A DNA stretch of 64,000 nt from Candidatus Poribacteria bacterium (GTDB taxonomy: Bacteria; Poribacteria; WGA-4E; PCPOR2b), in contig OZ240245.1 in NCBI GenBank assembly GCA_965198175.1, positions 1,120,001 to 1,184,000 of the forward strand, given 5' to 3'. Both the position numbers and the translations under genes were made by a program. The notes below the pieces were generated by a model that was not told the DNA's origin, made no database searches, and saw nothing but the letters and a program-made list of their open reading frames with translations. Positions 21,899 through 32,153 of the stretch are shown here, in pieces. Every line of letters begins with the position of its first letter. The first letter of the stretch is position 1.

Positions 21899-21927
21899 AT
21901 TGTATAGTGCATAGGGGTTACTGTCAA
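21899..21927 (-). promoter_or_regulatory. sigma70-like promoter of tgt
   Basis: TTGACA-17bp-TACAAT on the minus strand. Confidence 0.6.
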
Positions 21928-22121
21928 TTAGAAAGATTCTGACGATGAACCGTACCAATGAGAACATGGGGTCGGCTGATGTCAGAAGCCTCTGAAAACG
22001 CAGAAAATTAAGAGAATATCGATTTTGTGGATAAGGTCAGAACTCCTCATCATCGGAGATTGGTATTCAGCCTTTCGAACTTAATTCTGTGCACTTTCTG
22101 GTCGATGGTTTACTTTTTAGG

Positions 22122-22150
22122 TTGGCAGGCGGTAAATTTTCGGCTATAAT
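22122..22150 (+). promoter_or_regulatory. sigma70-like promoter of pspA
   Basis: TTGGCA-17bp-TATAAT. Confidence 0.6.
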
Positions 22151-22213
22151 TTGATCTAATGTGTAGGCTTTGGGCTTATACCGCTAAACCTATCAGCGAA
22201 AGGAGATATAGCA

Positions 22214-22900
22214 ATGGGTTTTTTTGATCGGGTTTCAACTATCTTCAAAGCCAATGTAAACTCTGCATTGGACAAAGCAGAAGATCCGGAAAAAATGCTA
22301 AATCAGATTACAACGGAGATGCAAGAGCAATTGGTGAAAGTGAAGCAACAGGTCGCGGCTGCGATTGCAAACGAGAAGCAACTCCAAAAAGATTATGAGC
22401 AAGAACAGGAACAAGCGGGCCAGTGGGAGCAGAAAGCGACCTTGGCTCTGCAGAAGGGCAATGAAGAGCTAGCCAAACAGGCACTTTCTCGCCGTAACGA
22501 ACATGCAGGCATCGCTAGTGGATACAAGGAACAGTGGGAAAAGCAGAAACAGGCTGTCGAGATCCTCAAAGAGAATCTCCGAACGCTTGAACGAAAAATC
22601 GAGGAGGCAAGGCGTAAAAAGGACTTGCTCATCTCTCGACAGAAACGAGCCAAGGCACAAAAAGCCATTCATGAAACTATGGCGGGTATGAAGGATAATA
22701 GTGCTTTTGCGAGTTTTGATCGGATGGAAACCAAAGTTGCGGACATGGAGGCTCATGCAGATGCAGCGGCGGAGATGGCTGAACTTGAGCATGACACACT
22801 TGAAGATGAGTTCGCGGCGCTTGAAAAGGACGGTAGTGTCGATGACGACTTGGCGGCGCTGAAAGCGAAGATGAACGCTGGCGCCGGCAGTAGTAGCTAA
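22214..22900 (+). CDS. pspA: PspA/IM30 family protein
   Basis: MGFFDRV, KAEDPEKML, coiled coil, AFASFDRME, VDDDLAALKAKM. Confidence 0.92.
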   Translation: MGFFDRVSTIFKANVNSALDKAEDPEKMLNQITTEMQEQLVKVKQQVAAAIANEKQLQKDYEQEQEQAGQWEQKATLALQKGNEELAKQALSRRNEHAGIASGYKEQWEKQKQAVEILKENLRTLERKIEEARRKKDLLISRQKRAKAQKAIHETMAGMKDNSAFASFDRMETKVADMEAHADAAAEMAELEHDTLEDEFAALEKDGSVDDDLAALKAKMNAGAGSSS

Positions 22901-22967
22901 AATTCGGAAGCTGGGACGCAAAGTGAATACGGATTCCGCTTGTCTCCCAGCGTAAAGGAGTCGAACA

Positions 22968-23381
22968 ATGTCAAAGTTAAACACACAGGCGGATATTACA
23001 GCCTTTCTGAAAGCGCAGGGATATCGTACCAGCGAAGAAGGTTCAATTCTTATCATCCAAGATGAGGACGGACTAAATATCTTTGCCGCTGTTGATGAAT
23101 CACAGATTGAATTTATGGTGGACCTATGTAGCGTGAACGATCTCAATGCAACAGACATTGCCGAGATTTACGAAAAGATTCTTGACCAAAATTCTGAAAT
23201 ACTTCCAACCTGTTTCGGGATTGATTCAACTGAGACGGATGATAAGCGTATTGTATTGGTTGACAGTCTGGCATTGGAGAACCTGGATACGAACGAACTT
23301 CTCCTTTCGCTGGACTCTCTTGCAGTAAACGTTATCACTGCGCACGATCTGTTATCGTTATATCTCAAGTCACATGCCTGA
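22968..23381 (+). CDS. YjfI/DUF2170-like protein (CesT-like chaperone fold)
   Basis: Acidic 137-aa protein directly after pspA; NSEILPTCFGID and LALENLDTNEL pattern. Confidence 0.6.
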   Translation: MSKLNTQADITAFLKAQGYRTSEEGSILIIQDEDGLNIFAAVDESQIEFMVDLCSVNDLNATDIAEIYEKILDQNSEILPTCFGIDSTETDDKRIVLVDSLALENLDTNELLLSLDSLAVNVITAHDLLSLYLKSHA

Positions 23382-23773
23382 GAGAGTGCGGTGTTTTTTA
23401 CCGTAAGTCGAATTTGCATTCGATGCAAGTCAAGCTATGCAGGACGGACTTATCGTTGCCTTTCATCGGTGTCGGGGACCTTTGAGTTGTGGAAGTAACT
23501 CGGCGATAAATCTCAAGACATCCAAACCGCTGAACGCCATTTGAAAAACCGGTAGAAATTGGAAGGAGTTCGGGCGAAAGAAGGGCGGGCAGAGCGCATC
23601 CGCGGAACCCTATCTTGATCTGTCAATGTTCTGTCTTCTCCAAACGCTAATCGTGCAGATACCCTATCCGTTCAAATCCTTTGAACCTAGCCCTCTCCAT
23701 TTGGCAGATGTGTGGTTATGTATATCCTAAATTCTTTTGAGTGAACCGTAAATTATAACAGAAGGAGAGTCGT

Positions 23774-24253
23774 ATGGATGATATCCTAGACAACCAAGAC
23801 CTAGATGAAACAGCGATTTTTCAGGAAGCACCGGACGAAACAACGGATGAATTTGAGCTCAGTCCTTTAGAAGCTGTCGAGAATCGGCTGATGTTTCTTC
23901 GTGACAGTAACCAGAATTTTTATCTTGCTTTCAAGGCTTATCACGACGATTACGAATATGAACAAGCGATTGAGGATTTTCAAGCTGCAATTGAACATGA
24001 AACGAAATCCACCGAAGATTCTCCAGAACAGGCTGACGAGAATGAGGAACAGCAACTAGAAGATTCGAGCAGTGTGATTGTGAGATCGATGTATTGGCAG
24101 GCGGAATCCTATGTCAAAATTGGAAAGATTGACAAAGCAATTGAAGTATTTACAGCGTTATCAAGTCAATATCAGATGCATCATCTTGGGATCGCTGCGG
24201 AACGACGTGTCGAGGTGTTGAGGGAATATCATCAGGAAGAAGATTCGGTGTAA
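23774..24253 (+). CDS. Acidic tetratricopeptide-repeat protein
   Basis: YEYEQAIEDFQAA and SMYWQAESYVKIGKIDKAIEVF TPR-like helices; AGGAG RBS. Confidence 0.7.
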   Translation: MDDILDNQDLDETAIFQEAPDETTDEFELSPLEAVENRLMFLRDSNQNFYLAFKAYHDDYEYEQAIEDFQAAIEHETKSTEDSPEQADENEEQQLEDSSSVIVRSMYWQAESYVKIGKIDKAIEVFTALSSQYQMHHLGIAAERRVEVLREYHQEEDSV

Positions 24254-24306
24254 CGGACAGGAATTTTAGCCTGCGAAGCCAAAACGTTACCAAGCCAATT
24301 CCCAGA

Positions 24307-24490
24307 ATGAGCGAAGCGCTGCGCGAAGATCCTCGGAGGCATTCTCCAGACCACTGAGGACATCCCGCCAAACCACGTTGCCATCTCCATCCAAGTTGAG
24401 GATCTCCAGGAATATTTGGACAAAGCAGAACGTCTTGGTGCTAAGACCATCGCTGTGTTTGCGGACAACACCGGTTTGCACAAGTTCTAA
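24307..24490 (+). pseudogene. VOC/glyoxalase family remnant with internal deletions
   Basis: Frame 24332-24490 reads LGGILQTTEDIPPNHVAISIQVEDLQEYLDKAERLGAKT-IAVFAD-NTGLHKF*. EALRE fragment lies upstream in another frame. Confidence 0.6.
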
Positions 24491-24590
24491 GTCTATTCGG
24501 GGCTGTGGTCGCTTTAATAGCGCGGTCTCATCGCCTCTACGCCAAGCTACTCTGGAATCGGGGTAGTTTGGGATATACGAGTGGATACAA

Positions 24591-25820
24591 CTACGGCATG
24601 CCTGCAACGATATTTTGCACTTCTGTTTCTAACTCCAAGGTCACTTGCTGAGTAGTCTGTCTCTTTTCCTTCTTGTAGGATTCGTAAGAAGCAAGCAGAT
24701 TTTTCGGTGCACCAATCCGAACGAAAGCATCTAGGGGACCTTTGACTTTCGAGCGACCGAAGACCTCCACTTCCAGCCGTGTGATGACTTCCAGAAAGCG
24801 CTCTTGGGATGGATGTTCGCCGATGTAGCCCTCGTAGATTGAAATCGAGTTCACAATGCGGCGCAGGTCCGTGTAAAACTGTCGAAACTTGTCAACCCGC
24901 TGCGCGTGAACACCCCTCTCATATTCGGTCATCTCATCCACATCTCGATAAATTTCCTCATCTATCCGGTTTTGAATGGCGCGTACCCGTCTGAGTGGAT
25001 GCCAGCCCGGTTGGGGAACGAGTTCCAGGAAGTTCTCCGTCTGCGACAGAATGTGTTCTCTCATGAGTTCGATTCTCTCATTTAGCGAACTCTCCTCGCT
25101 TAACCGAAGGTGATATTCTCTTGCCAGCGTCGTCAGTAGGCTACCTCCCACATTCTTTACGCGGTCGTACAAATCCTTTGGGCGGTCGGCACCTTCAGGC
25201 AAGACGCTGTGTTCCAGATTCGTGAGTGCCCCTTCAATTTCATGCCACATATCTTTCTTGTAGATGTACTTTAACCCGACCGGTAGAAGGTAGAGCGGCT
25301 TGAGGTTATCCACCTTTTCCATGTCATTGAGCGCCCAGAACCCGAACTGTACAACCCCGCTTTCGAAAGGCATGATGGTCTCGTTCTGATGCGAGATTTC
25401 TCCTTCGCCGAAGATAACTAAATTCCGCTCGCCACTGCTCAGGGTTTCTCGTGTCATCCGAAACGAGTCGCGGTCTACGGCGCCGCGCACGACGGAATAG
25501 GAACCGAGCCGGGTCATGAAAAATCCTCTGCATTTCAACCCCGCGAGCTTTCGGTCGAAGGTTTCTCGTGCGCACATGAATCGGAATCCCTTGCCGCAAC
25601 GATTTGAGATGGCAAACATTACATGCGGGTCAGCGCGGCTGGGATGATTCGGCACCAGAATCGTTGGGAATCCATCTGTTGATTTCAGGCGATCAACGGA
25701 TACGCGGTCAATGTCTACGTGTTGAACCCTCTGGGAAAGCCGCATGAGCAGCGGCAACATTAACTTGACGGTTCCGATCACTACCCTATTCTCTTTAGGC
25801 GGTTTGAAATTTAGCATCAA
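24591..25820 (-). CDS. PlsC-type acyltransferase family protein
   Basis: NHPSRAD (HX4D), SVVRG, VIFGEGE. Confidence 0.85.
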   Translation of the reverse strand: MMLNFKPPKENRVVIGTVKLMLPLLMRLSQRVQHVDIDRVSVDRLKSTDGFPTILVPNHPSRADPHVMFAISNRCGKGFRFMCARETFDRKLAGLKCRGFFMTRLGSYSVVRGAVDRDSFRMTRETLSSGERNLVIFGEGEISHQNETIMPFESGVVQFGFWALNDMEKVDNLKPLYLLPVGLKYIYKKDMWHEIEGALTNLEHSVLPEGADRPKDLYDRVKNVGGSLLTTLAREYHLRLSEESSLNERIELMREHILSQTENFLELVPQPGWHPLRRVRAIQNRIDEEIYRDVDEMTEYERGVHAQRVDKFRQFYTDLRRIVNSISIYEGYIGEHPSQERFLEVITRLEVEVFGRSKVKGPLDAFVRIGAPKNLLASYESYKKEKRQTTQQVTLELETEVQNIVAGMP

Positions 25821-26382
25821 ATCACTCCATATTCAAAATCTCGAAAATCAAAATCGGTATAGTTTGCAGAGGCATCGCGTTCACCGTCCAGTTTGTATTA
25901 GTTGAGATTGAGAGCGTGTTCTTTAGCCTTGGCATACCACTAATACTCGATTTCTCTGGAGGTAAGCGTTATTGTAAATCATCTCGAAAATCGTGTCAAC
26001 CTACAAACGCGGCTGCACTACATCTGATTTCGCACATACGGGGAAGGGTTAGACGATTGGGGGTATGCTCCAGACTTACGACTACACGCCTTGTATTCTT
26101 GTGAGCCGTTTCAGAGAATGAATCTAGGATATAGTGTTATTCCCATTTATCGGGATGCATCTGAGAAAAAGGTTGCAAAACGCGGGTGGGGATGGTAAAA
26201 ATTACCGAGAGACATTTGGAAATTTCACAGTTTTTCACAGTAAATCAAAAAGAGTGTGCATATTTTTTCAGAGCTAGTAGTGCGTGAATGCAGTCTGGGA
26301 CTGCATATCGATCTGTTGATTCCGGAAATTGTGACATGCCTACTGTGAAAATTTATTGCTGCGTGAAGCGGGGAGGAATACA

Positions 26383-27237
26383 ATGGCGACACAAGAGCCG
26401 AGCACCGCACTTAAAGCAACACTTCAGGAAGATACTGGTAAGAAAGCGCTTGCTCAACTCAGGTCAGATGTAAGCGAGTTATTTCAAACGTTGAGCGACC
26501 GAGCACTTGCTGATGCGGTTATTGAGCGGTTGCAGCGCTATGCGGGCGATGCAATTGCAGAGGCTGTTAAGGAGGATTCCAAGCTCGCGAATTCGGATTT
26601 GGTAGCCTCACTCAAGAAAGTGGTCCGCAACGAACTGAGTCGGTATCTTTCACGTTTCATCACAGACGAGCATCGGAAGTTTATCGTACGCAGTCATGCA
26701 CGGGGGCTCCCTACCTCTGCCGCAGTTTGGGAGTTGATGCTAGAAAACCAGACGATTAACCGCCTGGCGCAAGCAGACGCGATGGGTGGAAGGGAATTGA
26801 AAGAGTGTCTTATTCTTCTTATGGCGTATCTGAAGCCGGGTACGGCACGGTGGCCCGAGAAAAAATACGGCGCGGAATGGCACGAAGCAAGGGAGGCGCA
26901 TAAACAGGAGATGCGCAATATACCATTAACGTCTAAAGCTGAGCAGGTTGCGCTCTTAGCGAAGCATGCCGAGCGAATTGACCGCCAATTGGAGAACAAA
27001 ACGCACGACGCGAAGGATTTTCAGACGTTGACGAAATCGTTAACTCAGACGATGGAGAGTCTGCGCAAGCTGTCTGCGGTGGACGAGACGGTGCCTGAGA
27101 ATGTGTCGGGACCTCAGCTTGTTGGGGTACTGGAGCGGTTAACGTTGGCGTTGAAGGTGCCCGAGCAGAATACGGATGGCAATGGATCGAACGTGCTGCC
27201 TGCGCCGGGGGATAGTGATGGGGAAAACCCTGACTGA
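26383..27237 (+). CDS. Hypothetical protein with DUF2280-like (phage-associated) central domain
   Basis: GGAGG RBS before ATG 26383. RKFIVRSHA...AYLKPG...KKYGAEWHEAREAHKQEMRNIPLTSKAEQVALL resembles the DUF2280 pattern as I recall it. Confidence 0.5.
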   Translation: MATQEPSTALKATLQEDTGKKALAQLRSDVSELFQTLSDRALADAVIERLQRYAGDAIAEAVKEDSKLANSDLVASLKKVVRNELSRYLSRFITDEHRKFIVRSHARGLPTSAAVWELMLENQTINRLAQADAMGGRELKECLILLMAYLKPGTARWPEKKYGAEWHEAREAHKQEMRNIPLTSKAEQVALLAKHAERIDRQLENKTHDAKDFQTLTKSLTQTMESLRKLSAVDETVPENVSGPQLVGVLERLTLALKVPEQNTDGNGSNVLPAPGDSDGENPD

Positions 27238-27570
27238 AATAATTGAACCGAAAGCATTGCGGGAATGGCGTTGCAAAGAACGCTTCTAGGGTAATTTTAA
27301 TCTTGTATACTTAACACGTATATAGTATGTTTAGCGGTTGTCACTAATCGGAAATCGCTCCTACAGGAGGTGCGATTGCAGTGTGGAATGCTTGGTAGGT
27401 TTCGTGGGTGCCGTTCTACACAAGCTACGAATTGATATTTTACTTGACATTTGCTGTAATAAAATAAACGATGATGCTAGGGACGAAATTCGGGTTCATC
27501 CGTGTGATTGTCGGGCTGCGGTTCGCGCAATCCTATATCCCTAGTCTAGTTATTTGCTACGTAGCTTATC

Positions 27571-29043
27571 CTAGCCTAGACCAGCCGAATCCTTAACATC
27601 GCTTTCTGCCTCACCACCGAGTATCAAGTTGTCCCAATCAGGAAATCGCCCATCTTCCAGGACCTTCATTATTGATTCCCGACATAAATCCTGAGCGTTT
27701 TCGATAAATTGCTTAACCTCTTCATGAGTAAAGGGCGTTTTCTTTTTTTTGTTCGGCAGTTTTCCCGTATGCACAACCTTGGAACGCCAAGCATATATTT
27801 CACTAAATTCTTTCATTAACACCCTCCGATGTTCTTCATTTTCTCCCAAGTAGCAAGCAGCACGAAGACGGAGTCGAAAAGATAGCTCAGTCGATTCGTC
27901 TATATCTGATAAATAGAGAGCTTCAAAGGCTATCCCCAAGTCAATGATTTTATCAATGCGATTCCTATTTGTTTTTGACTCTACCCATCTATCAATCGGT
28001 ATCTGCAACTTTTCCCTATCGTTTGAATCTAGGTCAACCAAGCTTTCATACAGATATTTGGCTTTCTCTATGTCAGCTTCCTTCGCCTCAGTGGGAGTTC
28101 CAAGCCGATTTCCCTGTCTATGCATGCCGCTACCTCTGTGAGGCAGATCGAAGGATTTATCCTCCTCTAATGAGTAGAATCCAATAAAAATTTTAACTGG
28201 AGAATCACAAACTAAAGATAGTGCTTGGCAAAAAAGAGTTTGGAAGGAATCGACTGCAGTCACATTTGGAAATTTTACTTTATGCACCTCAACCTGAAAT
28301 GGGAGATCATCTATCCGGGTTTCGCTCTGAATTGCTTTTTCAGAAAGTTTGCAAAGCATGGAAAATCCAGATTGGTTAATCACAAGAAGCGTTTTTTTGA
28401 AAAGGGAGTCTACCTGGTCAGTAAAGGCATGGACAGGAAAACGAAACAGATGCTGTTCCACTTCCCTTGATATTTCCGAAGAAGGTAAAGGGACAAGTTG
28501 CACCCCATCAAAGACTTCTACTTCTGTCTCTAGCTTTACTCCTTCAAGTAATCCAACATCTCGAAAAAAAGCATGTGTGCCTTCGGGGCGACTACACCTA
28601 TCAAAAAACGATACCGCTTCCTCTATTCCTCGGACGAGAGTAATTTCCAGAAGGCGTTCTATAACCATAAACAAAGGAAGCGGCGATCTACCTCCATACT
28701 CATATAGACGGTCTCCATGGGTAGAATCGCTTTGTATAAAATAGCTAGCGGTTCGGATACAGTCTAGGTCCGGAGTAGTGCCTCTATTAATGAATAGTGT
28801 TAACTCCTCTCTTATGCAGTCAAGAAGGTTCGATTTTGTAGTCCCATCTGCAATATCAGGCGCAAAGTGAATCGAAGATGCAAACGATAAGAAATCTATC
28901 CCATAATATGTCCGGTGTTCTTGTAAGTATTTTCTATACACATCTACAGGGATAGAAGGTCCACCATACCTATATCGTATCACCAAACTGCCCATTGCTT
29001 GTGCGAGCAATTGCCTCAGTTCTAGTTTTCTTTCCTCGGTCAT
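27571..29043 (-). CDS. ApeA-like HEPN domain protein
   Basis: C-terminal IIDLGIAFEALY...ELSFRLRLRAACYLG...IYAWRSKVVHTG (Rx4H). Confidence 0.75.
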   Translation of the reverse strand: MTEERKLELRQLLAQAMGSLVIRYRYGGPSIPVDVYRKYLQEHRTYYGIDFLSFASSIHFAPDIADGTTKSNLLDCIREELTLFINRGTTPDLDCIRTASYFIQSDSTHGDRLYEYGGRSPLPLFMVIERLLEITLVRGIEEAVSFFDRCSRPEGTHAFFRDVGLLEGVKLETEVEVFDGVQLVPLPSSEISREVEQHLFRFPVHAFTDQVDSLFKKTLLVINQSGFSMLCKLSEKAIQSETRIDDLPFQVEVHKVKFPNVTAVDSFQTLFCQALSLVCDSPVKIFIGFYSLEEDKSFDLPHRGSGMHRQGNRLGTPTEAKEADIEKAKYLYESLVDLDSNDREKLQIPIDRWVESKTNRNRIDKIIDLGIAFEALYLSDIDESTELSFRLRLRAACYLGENEEHRRVLMKEFSEIYAWRSKVVHTGKLPNKKKKTPFTHEEVKQFIENAQDLCRESIMKVLEDGRFPDWDNLILGGEAESDVKDSAGLG

Positions 29044-29068
29044 CCCTTCTTTCCCTTAATCGGCAGAT

Positions 29069-29197
29069 TCAGCAAGAATCGCCATAAAATGCCCGATTCA
29101 ATGCCTTGTCATCCTCGCTGACGCCAAAGTCTTCGTCCTCTATTTCCGACAGATTGACATACAACTGGTTCTTATCCAGCAGTTTAGCCCGCAGTTC
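29069..29197 (-). pseudogene. Orphan diverged copy of the 3' end of the type III mod gene
   Basis: Reads ELRAKLLDKNQLYVNLSEIEDEDFGVSEDDKALNRAFYGDSC*; 29 of 33 aa identical to the Mod tail encoded at 32842-32940. Confidence 0.88.
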
Positions 29198-29249
29198 GTT
29201 AGGCTTGCCAAGGTTGCCCAGTTAAATAGCAGCATCACGAACATCATCC

Positions 29250-32153
29250 TCAATCGTCCAGATCCAACAAATCAAATCTGCCAAGACGGAGTAGGTTTTC
29301 ACGGGCGCGTTCTGCGTTTTGGTGCACGTTTTGGTCATCGCTTCCTAGCCCAGCTTTCAAGATGGTTTTGGCTTTCTCCGTCCGGATGTAAATGTTGTCA
29401 TCGCCGCGCCCACCAGTCAACTTGGCGAAGCACTCAACCACCTTCGCTGTATGATCCGGAAGCATCTCACACAACGCCTCAAGTTGAATAGCGATTGATA
29501 CACCTTCCGCCTTGCAGACATCCAGAATCTTGGAAAATCCATCCAATCGCCATTCGGCATCTAAGCACTTGGCTTTCAGCCAGAAGGTATACTGTTGAAG
29601 CTCTGTCGGCTCGTGCACCTCAAAACGCCAATCAGAGAAGGCAATGATTTTGTCATTCAACCTTTTTTCCAGTTGTCCACTAATATCCCGCAAGGTTCGA
29701 CCGACATGGTCGAACAAGTGTGCCCAGTGCTCTCGATTATTTGTCGTCCGTTGGTAATATTGCTCAAGCAGGCTGTTTTCACCTCTCAGCGGATACATAT
29801 CCCACATATAATAGTTGAACAGATGTTCGCCGAGAACCTCTGCCAGTTTTTTCGCGGAGAAGTCCTGTTTTTTGAAATCTGCCAGATGGTGCAGTGCAAA
29901 ATCGAAGTCGTCCCCAAGAATCTCAAAAGTGAGCTTCTTGGGGTCATTATAGCATATGAAACCGCTAAATGCTGCTAGCCATTCAGGCAACTTGTCCTGC
30001 GGGAAAAAGTCTGATTTGTGCTCGGTTGCCCACCTTTCATTGAGGCTAAAAATACGGTTGTAGTCTCTGCCTAGAATGGCATACTCCGGCAGTGTTAAGG
30101 GATGTCCCGTTTCCGAAGCAAACCGCCTTTCAAGAATCGTCGTTACTTCAGGAATTTCAGATTCTGAATCGTGTCTTCTTAACCAGAAACCGAAATTGAC
30201 CAACGCCTTTAGTGCGAGGCTGCGTGTGTTGTTGATGCCCTCAGCGATTAGGTCGTTTTGGTTCGAAAAGACTCGCTTTTCAAGATCCAACCATGAATCG
30301 TATTGTGTGCAAAGCATTCCCAGTAGCTTGCCAAGCTGTTCCCGAGCGGAAAGGGGTACATCCACACCTTCTTCCAGACACAATTCGATTAGCTTATCGA
30401 CTGCGCGCCGTGAATTGTACCAGTTAGGGATTTCTCGGGACTCGTCGCCTTGTGCGCCTAGTATATAGTCATCAGCGAGCCCTTGGTCAGGGTGCGAAAG
30501 TGCCCACTCGCCAAATGTCAACCATTCGTTAAGGCTGTCGAAGTGCTTCTCTTTTACGTCCGTTTGCATCCCGTTAATCATCATCTGCACGTAAATGGGT
30601 CGCTCAATTTTTTCACGGTTTCCCATCCAGAACCTTAGCCTCTCGGAATCTGGAATAATCTGCTCCTTGAAGACCGTCTGAAACGCAGTAGTGAGCCCTC
30701 CAATATTAACCTCTATCAGATTGTTGCCTTCGTAAAGTTCTTTCTTTTCATCCCATTCGTTGATGTAGGTGAGCAATTCCTCATCCGTGAGCTTTGCAAG
30801 GTCCTCAGGGGGGCGTGGGCTGCGATTAGATACCCATCCGCTCCGTGTTTTATATGGCTGATAGTCCTCATCCGAAATCGGGGCGCTGGCTTCATCTTCC
30901 AACTGTTGGAAGTAAGTTTTATATTCACCGAATAGCACGGTCGCAAAAGGCTTGAGTTGCTTGAGATGGAAATAACGTCGCCGTTGCTGCAATCTTTCCT
31001 CGGCAAACCCATCTTTCGGGGGACCAGTACGGATGCAATCAAAGATATGTTTGCGCTCTTCATCCGAAAGCAATGCCGTACCAAAATGTTCACAAGCACT
31101 TCGTATCATTTGTTGAAATTCATAATGGTGTTCCCACCGATGATAATCTTTATGCGCCAGAATCAGTTCCCGAATCCACGGCTTCGTTGTTTCGTTTGGA
31201 TATTGAGCATAAAGATGATGGCGCAGACGTTTTAATATACGCCAGTGCTGATTCCGCAAGGCGCCATCAAAAACGTGAATTAAATCTGGCTTTTTTTCGT
31301 AAACCCGCTGACCAGCGAAGGTGAGCGTATGAACAAGTGATTTATCAGCAGCTTCATAATCACTCTCAGATTCAGCAAGCCGTTCACACCAGTATTCGGA
31401 ATAGTCGACATCTTTGTCAAAGTCCTCCCGATGCGTTCGCAGACGAATCATATTCGCGGTGGCATTGATAAGGGTGCACGCAACCTTGTGAGGTTCTTTC
31501 TCGGCAAGCGGACGAACGCCTTTGGACATTATCTCACAGTATTCCCAGCGGTCAATTCGAGGTGACGGCTCAAGTTGAGTCGCCACCACTATATTGGCTA
31601 TTGCGGCTGAATCTTGCCGCGTCTCTCCCCGCCGTTTCCGCTTGTCCTTATCTTGGGGATCAGGCACAAACGCAACTAGTATTTTTGAAAGTTGCAATGC
31701 AGCCGCTACCTGATTCTCATTTGTCCAATGGACTAACAGCTCTGCGAATTGGTATGTCCTAACCTGATGATTTAGTTCTAAAGATTCAAGTATTTTGGGC
31801 ATTAGTTTGGCTGAAGACTCCCCGCGGAGTTCCAATGCAATATCCAGAATTTCCTGATAAACCGTTGGGTTATCGACTTTGGGGAGTCCTAATACCAGAT
31901 TAACAACTTCATCGGGTACATCACGAGACACATTCCTAAGATATTGAAGCTCGGGCCAAGGGGGGAATTGGACATTGCCATCATCAAAATATCTAATTGT
32001 TGGGGGCGACTGAAAATAACCGCGCTCGACAAGCGGTTGCATCCAGAGGGGGTTGGTCAGTCTAGAGAAAAAATTCCGGCGACCGGTTCCCTTTTCCACT
32101 AAACTTAGGGTTCTATCTATCATTTCACTCGTTGGTTTTTTCCAAGATTTCAT
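29250..32153 (-). CDS. Large helical hypothetical protein (967 aa), probable defence sensor/scaffold
   Basis: Long ORF with N-terminal FFSRLTNPLWMQPLVERGYFQSPP...WPELQYL motif; overlaps the upstream ORF by 29 bp. Confidence 0.7.
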   Translation of the reverse strand: MKSWKKPTSEMIDRTLSLVEKGTGRRNFFSRLTNPLWMQPLVERGYFQSPPTIRYFDDGNVQFPPWPELQYLRNVSRDVPDEVVNLVLGLPKVDNPTVYQEILDIALELRGESSAKLMPKILESLELNHQVRTYQFAELLVHWTNENQVAAALQLSKILVAFVPDPQDKDKRKRRGETRQDSAAIANIVVATQLEPSPRIDRWEYCEIMSKGVRPLAEKEPHKVACTLINATANMIRLRTHREDFDKDVDYSEYWCERLAESESDYEAADKSLVHTLTFAGQRVYEKKPDLIHVFDGALRNQHWRILKRLRHHLYAQYPNETTKPWIRELILAHKDYHRWEHHYEFQQMIRSACEHFGTALLSDEERKHIFDCIRTGPPKDGFAEERLQQRRRYFHLKQLKPFATVLFGEYKTYFQQLEDEASAPISDEDYQPYKTRSGWVSNRSPRPPEDLAKLTDEELLTYINEWDEKKELYEGNNLIEVNIGGLTTAFQTVFKEQIIPDSERLRFWMGNREKIERPIYVQMMINGMQTDVKEKHFDSLNEWLTFGEWALSHPDQGLADDYILGAQGDESREIPNWYNSRRAVDKLIELCLEEGVDVPLSAREQLGKLLGMLCTQYDSWLDLEKRVFSNQNDLIAEGINNTRSLALKALVNFGFWLRRHDSESEIPEVTTILERRFASETGHPLTLPEYAILGRDYNRIFSLNERWATEHKSDFFPQDKLPEWLAAFSGFICYNDPKKLTFEILGDDFDFALHHLADFKKQDFSAKKLAEVLGEHLFNYYMWDMYPLRGENSLLEQYYQRTTNNREHWAHLFDHVGRTLRDISGQLEKRLNDKIIAFSDWRFEVHEPTELQQYTFWLKAKCLDAEWRLDGFSKILDVCKAEGVSIAIQLEALCEMLPDHTAKVVECFAKLTGGRGDDNIYIRTEKAKTILKAGLGSDDQNVHQNAERARENLLRLGRFDLLDLDD

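Noticed and set aside
22469..23158. 229-aa minus-strand ORF
   Set aside because: Antisense shadow of pspA and the following gene.
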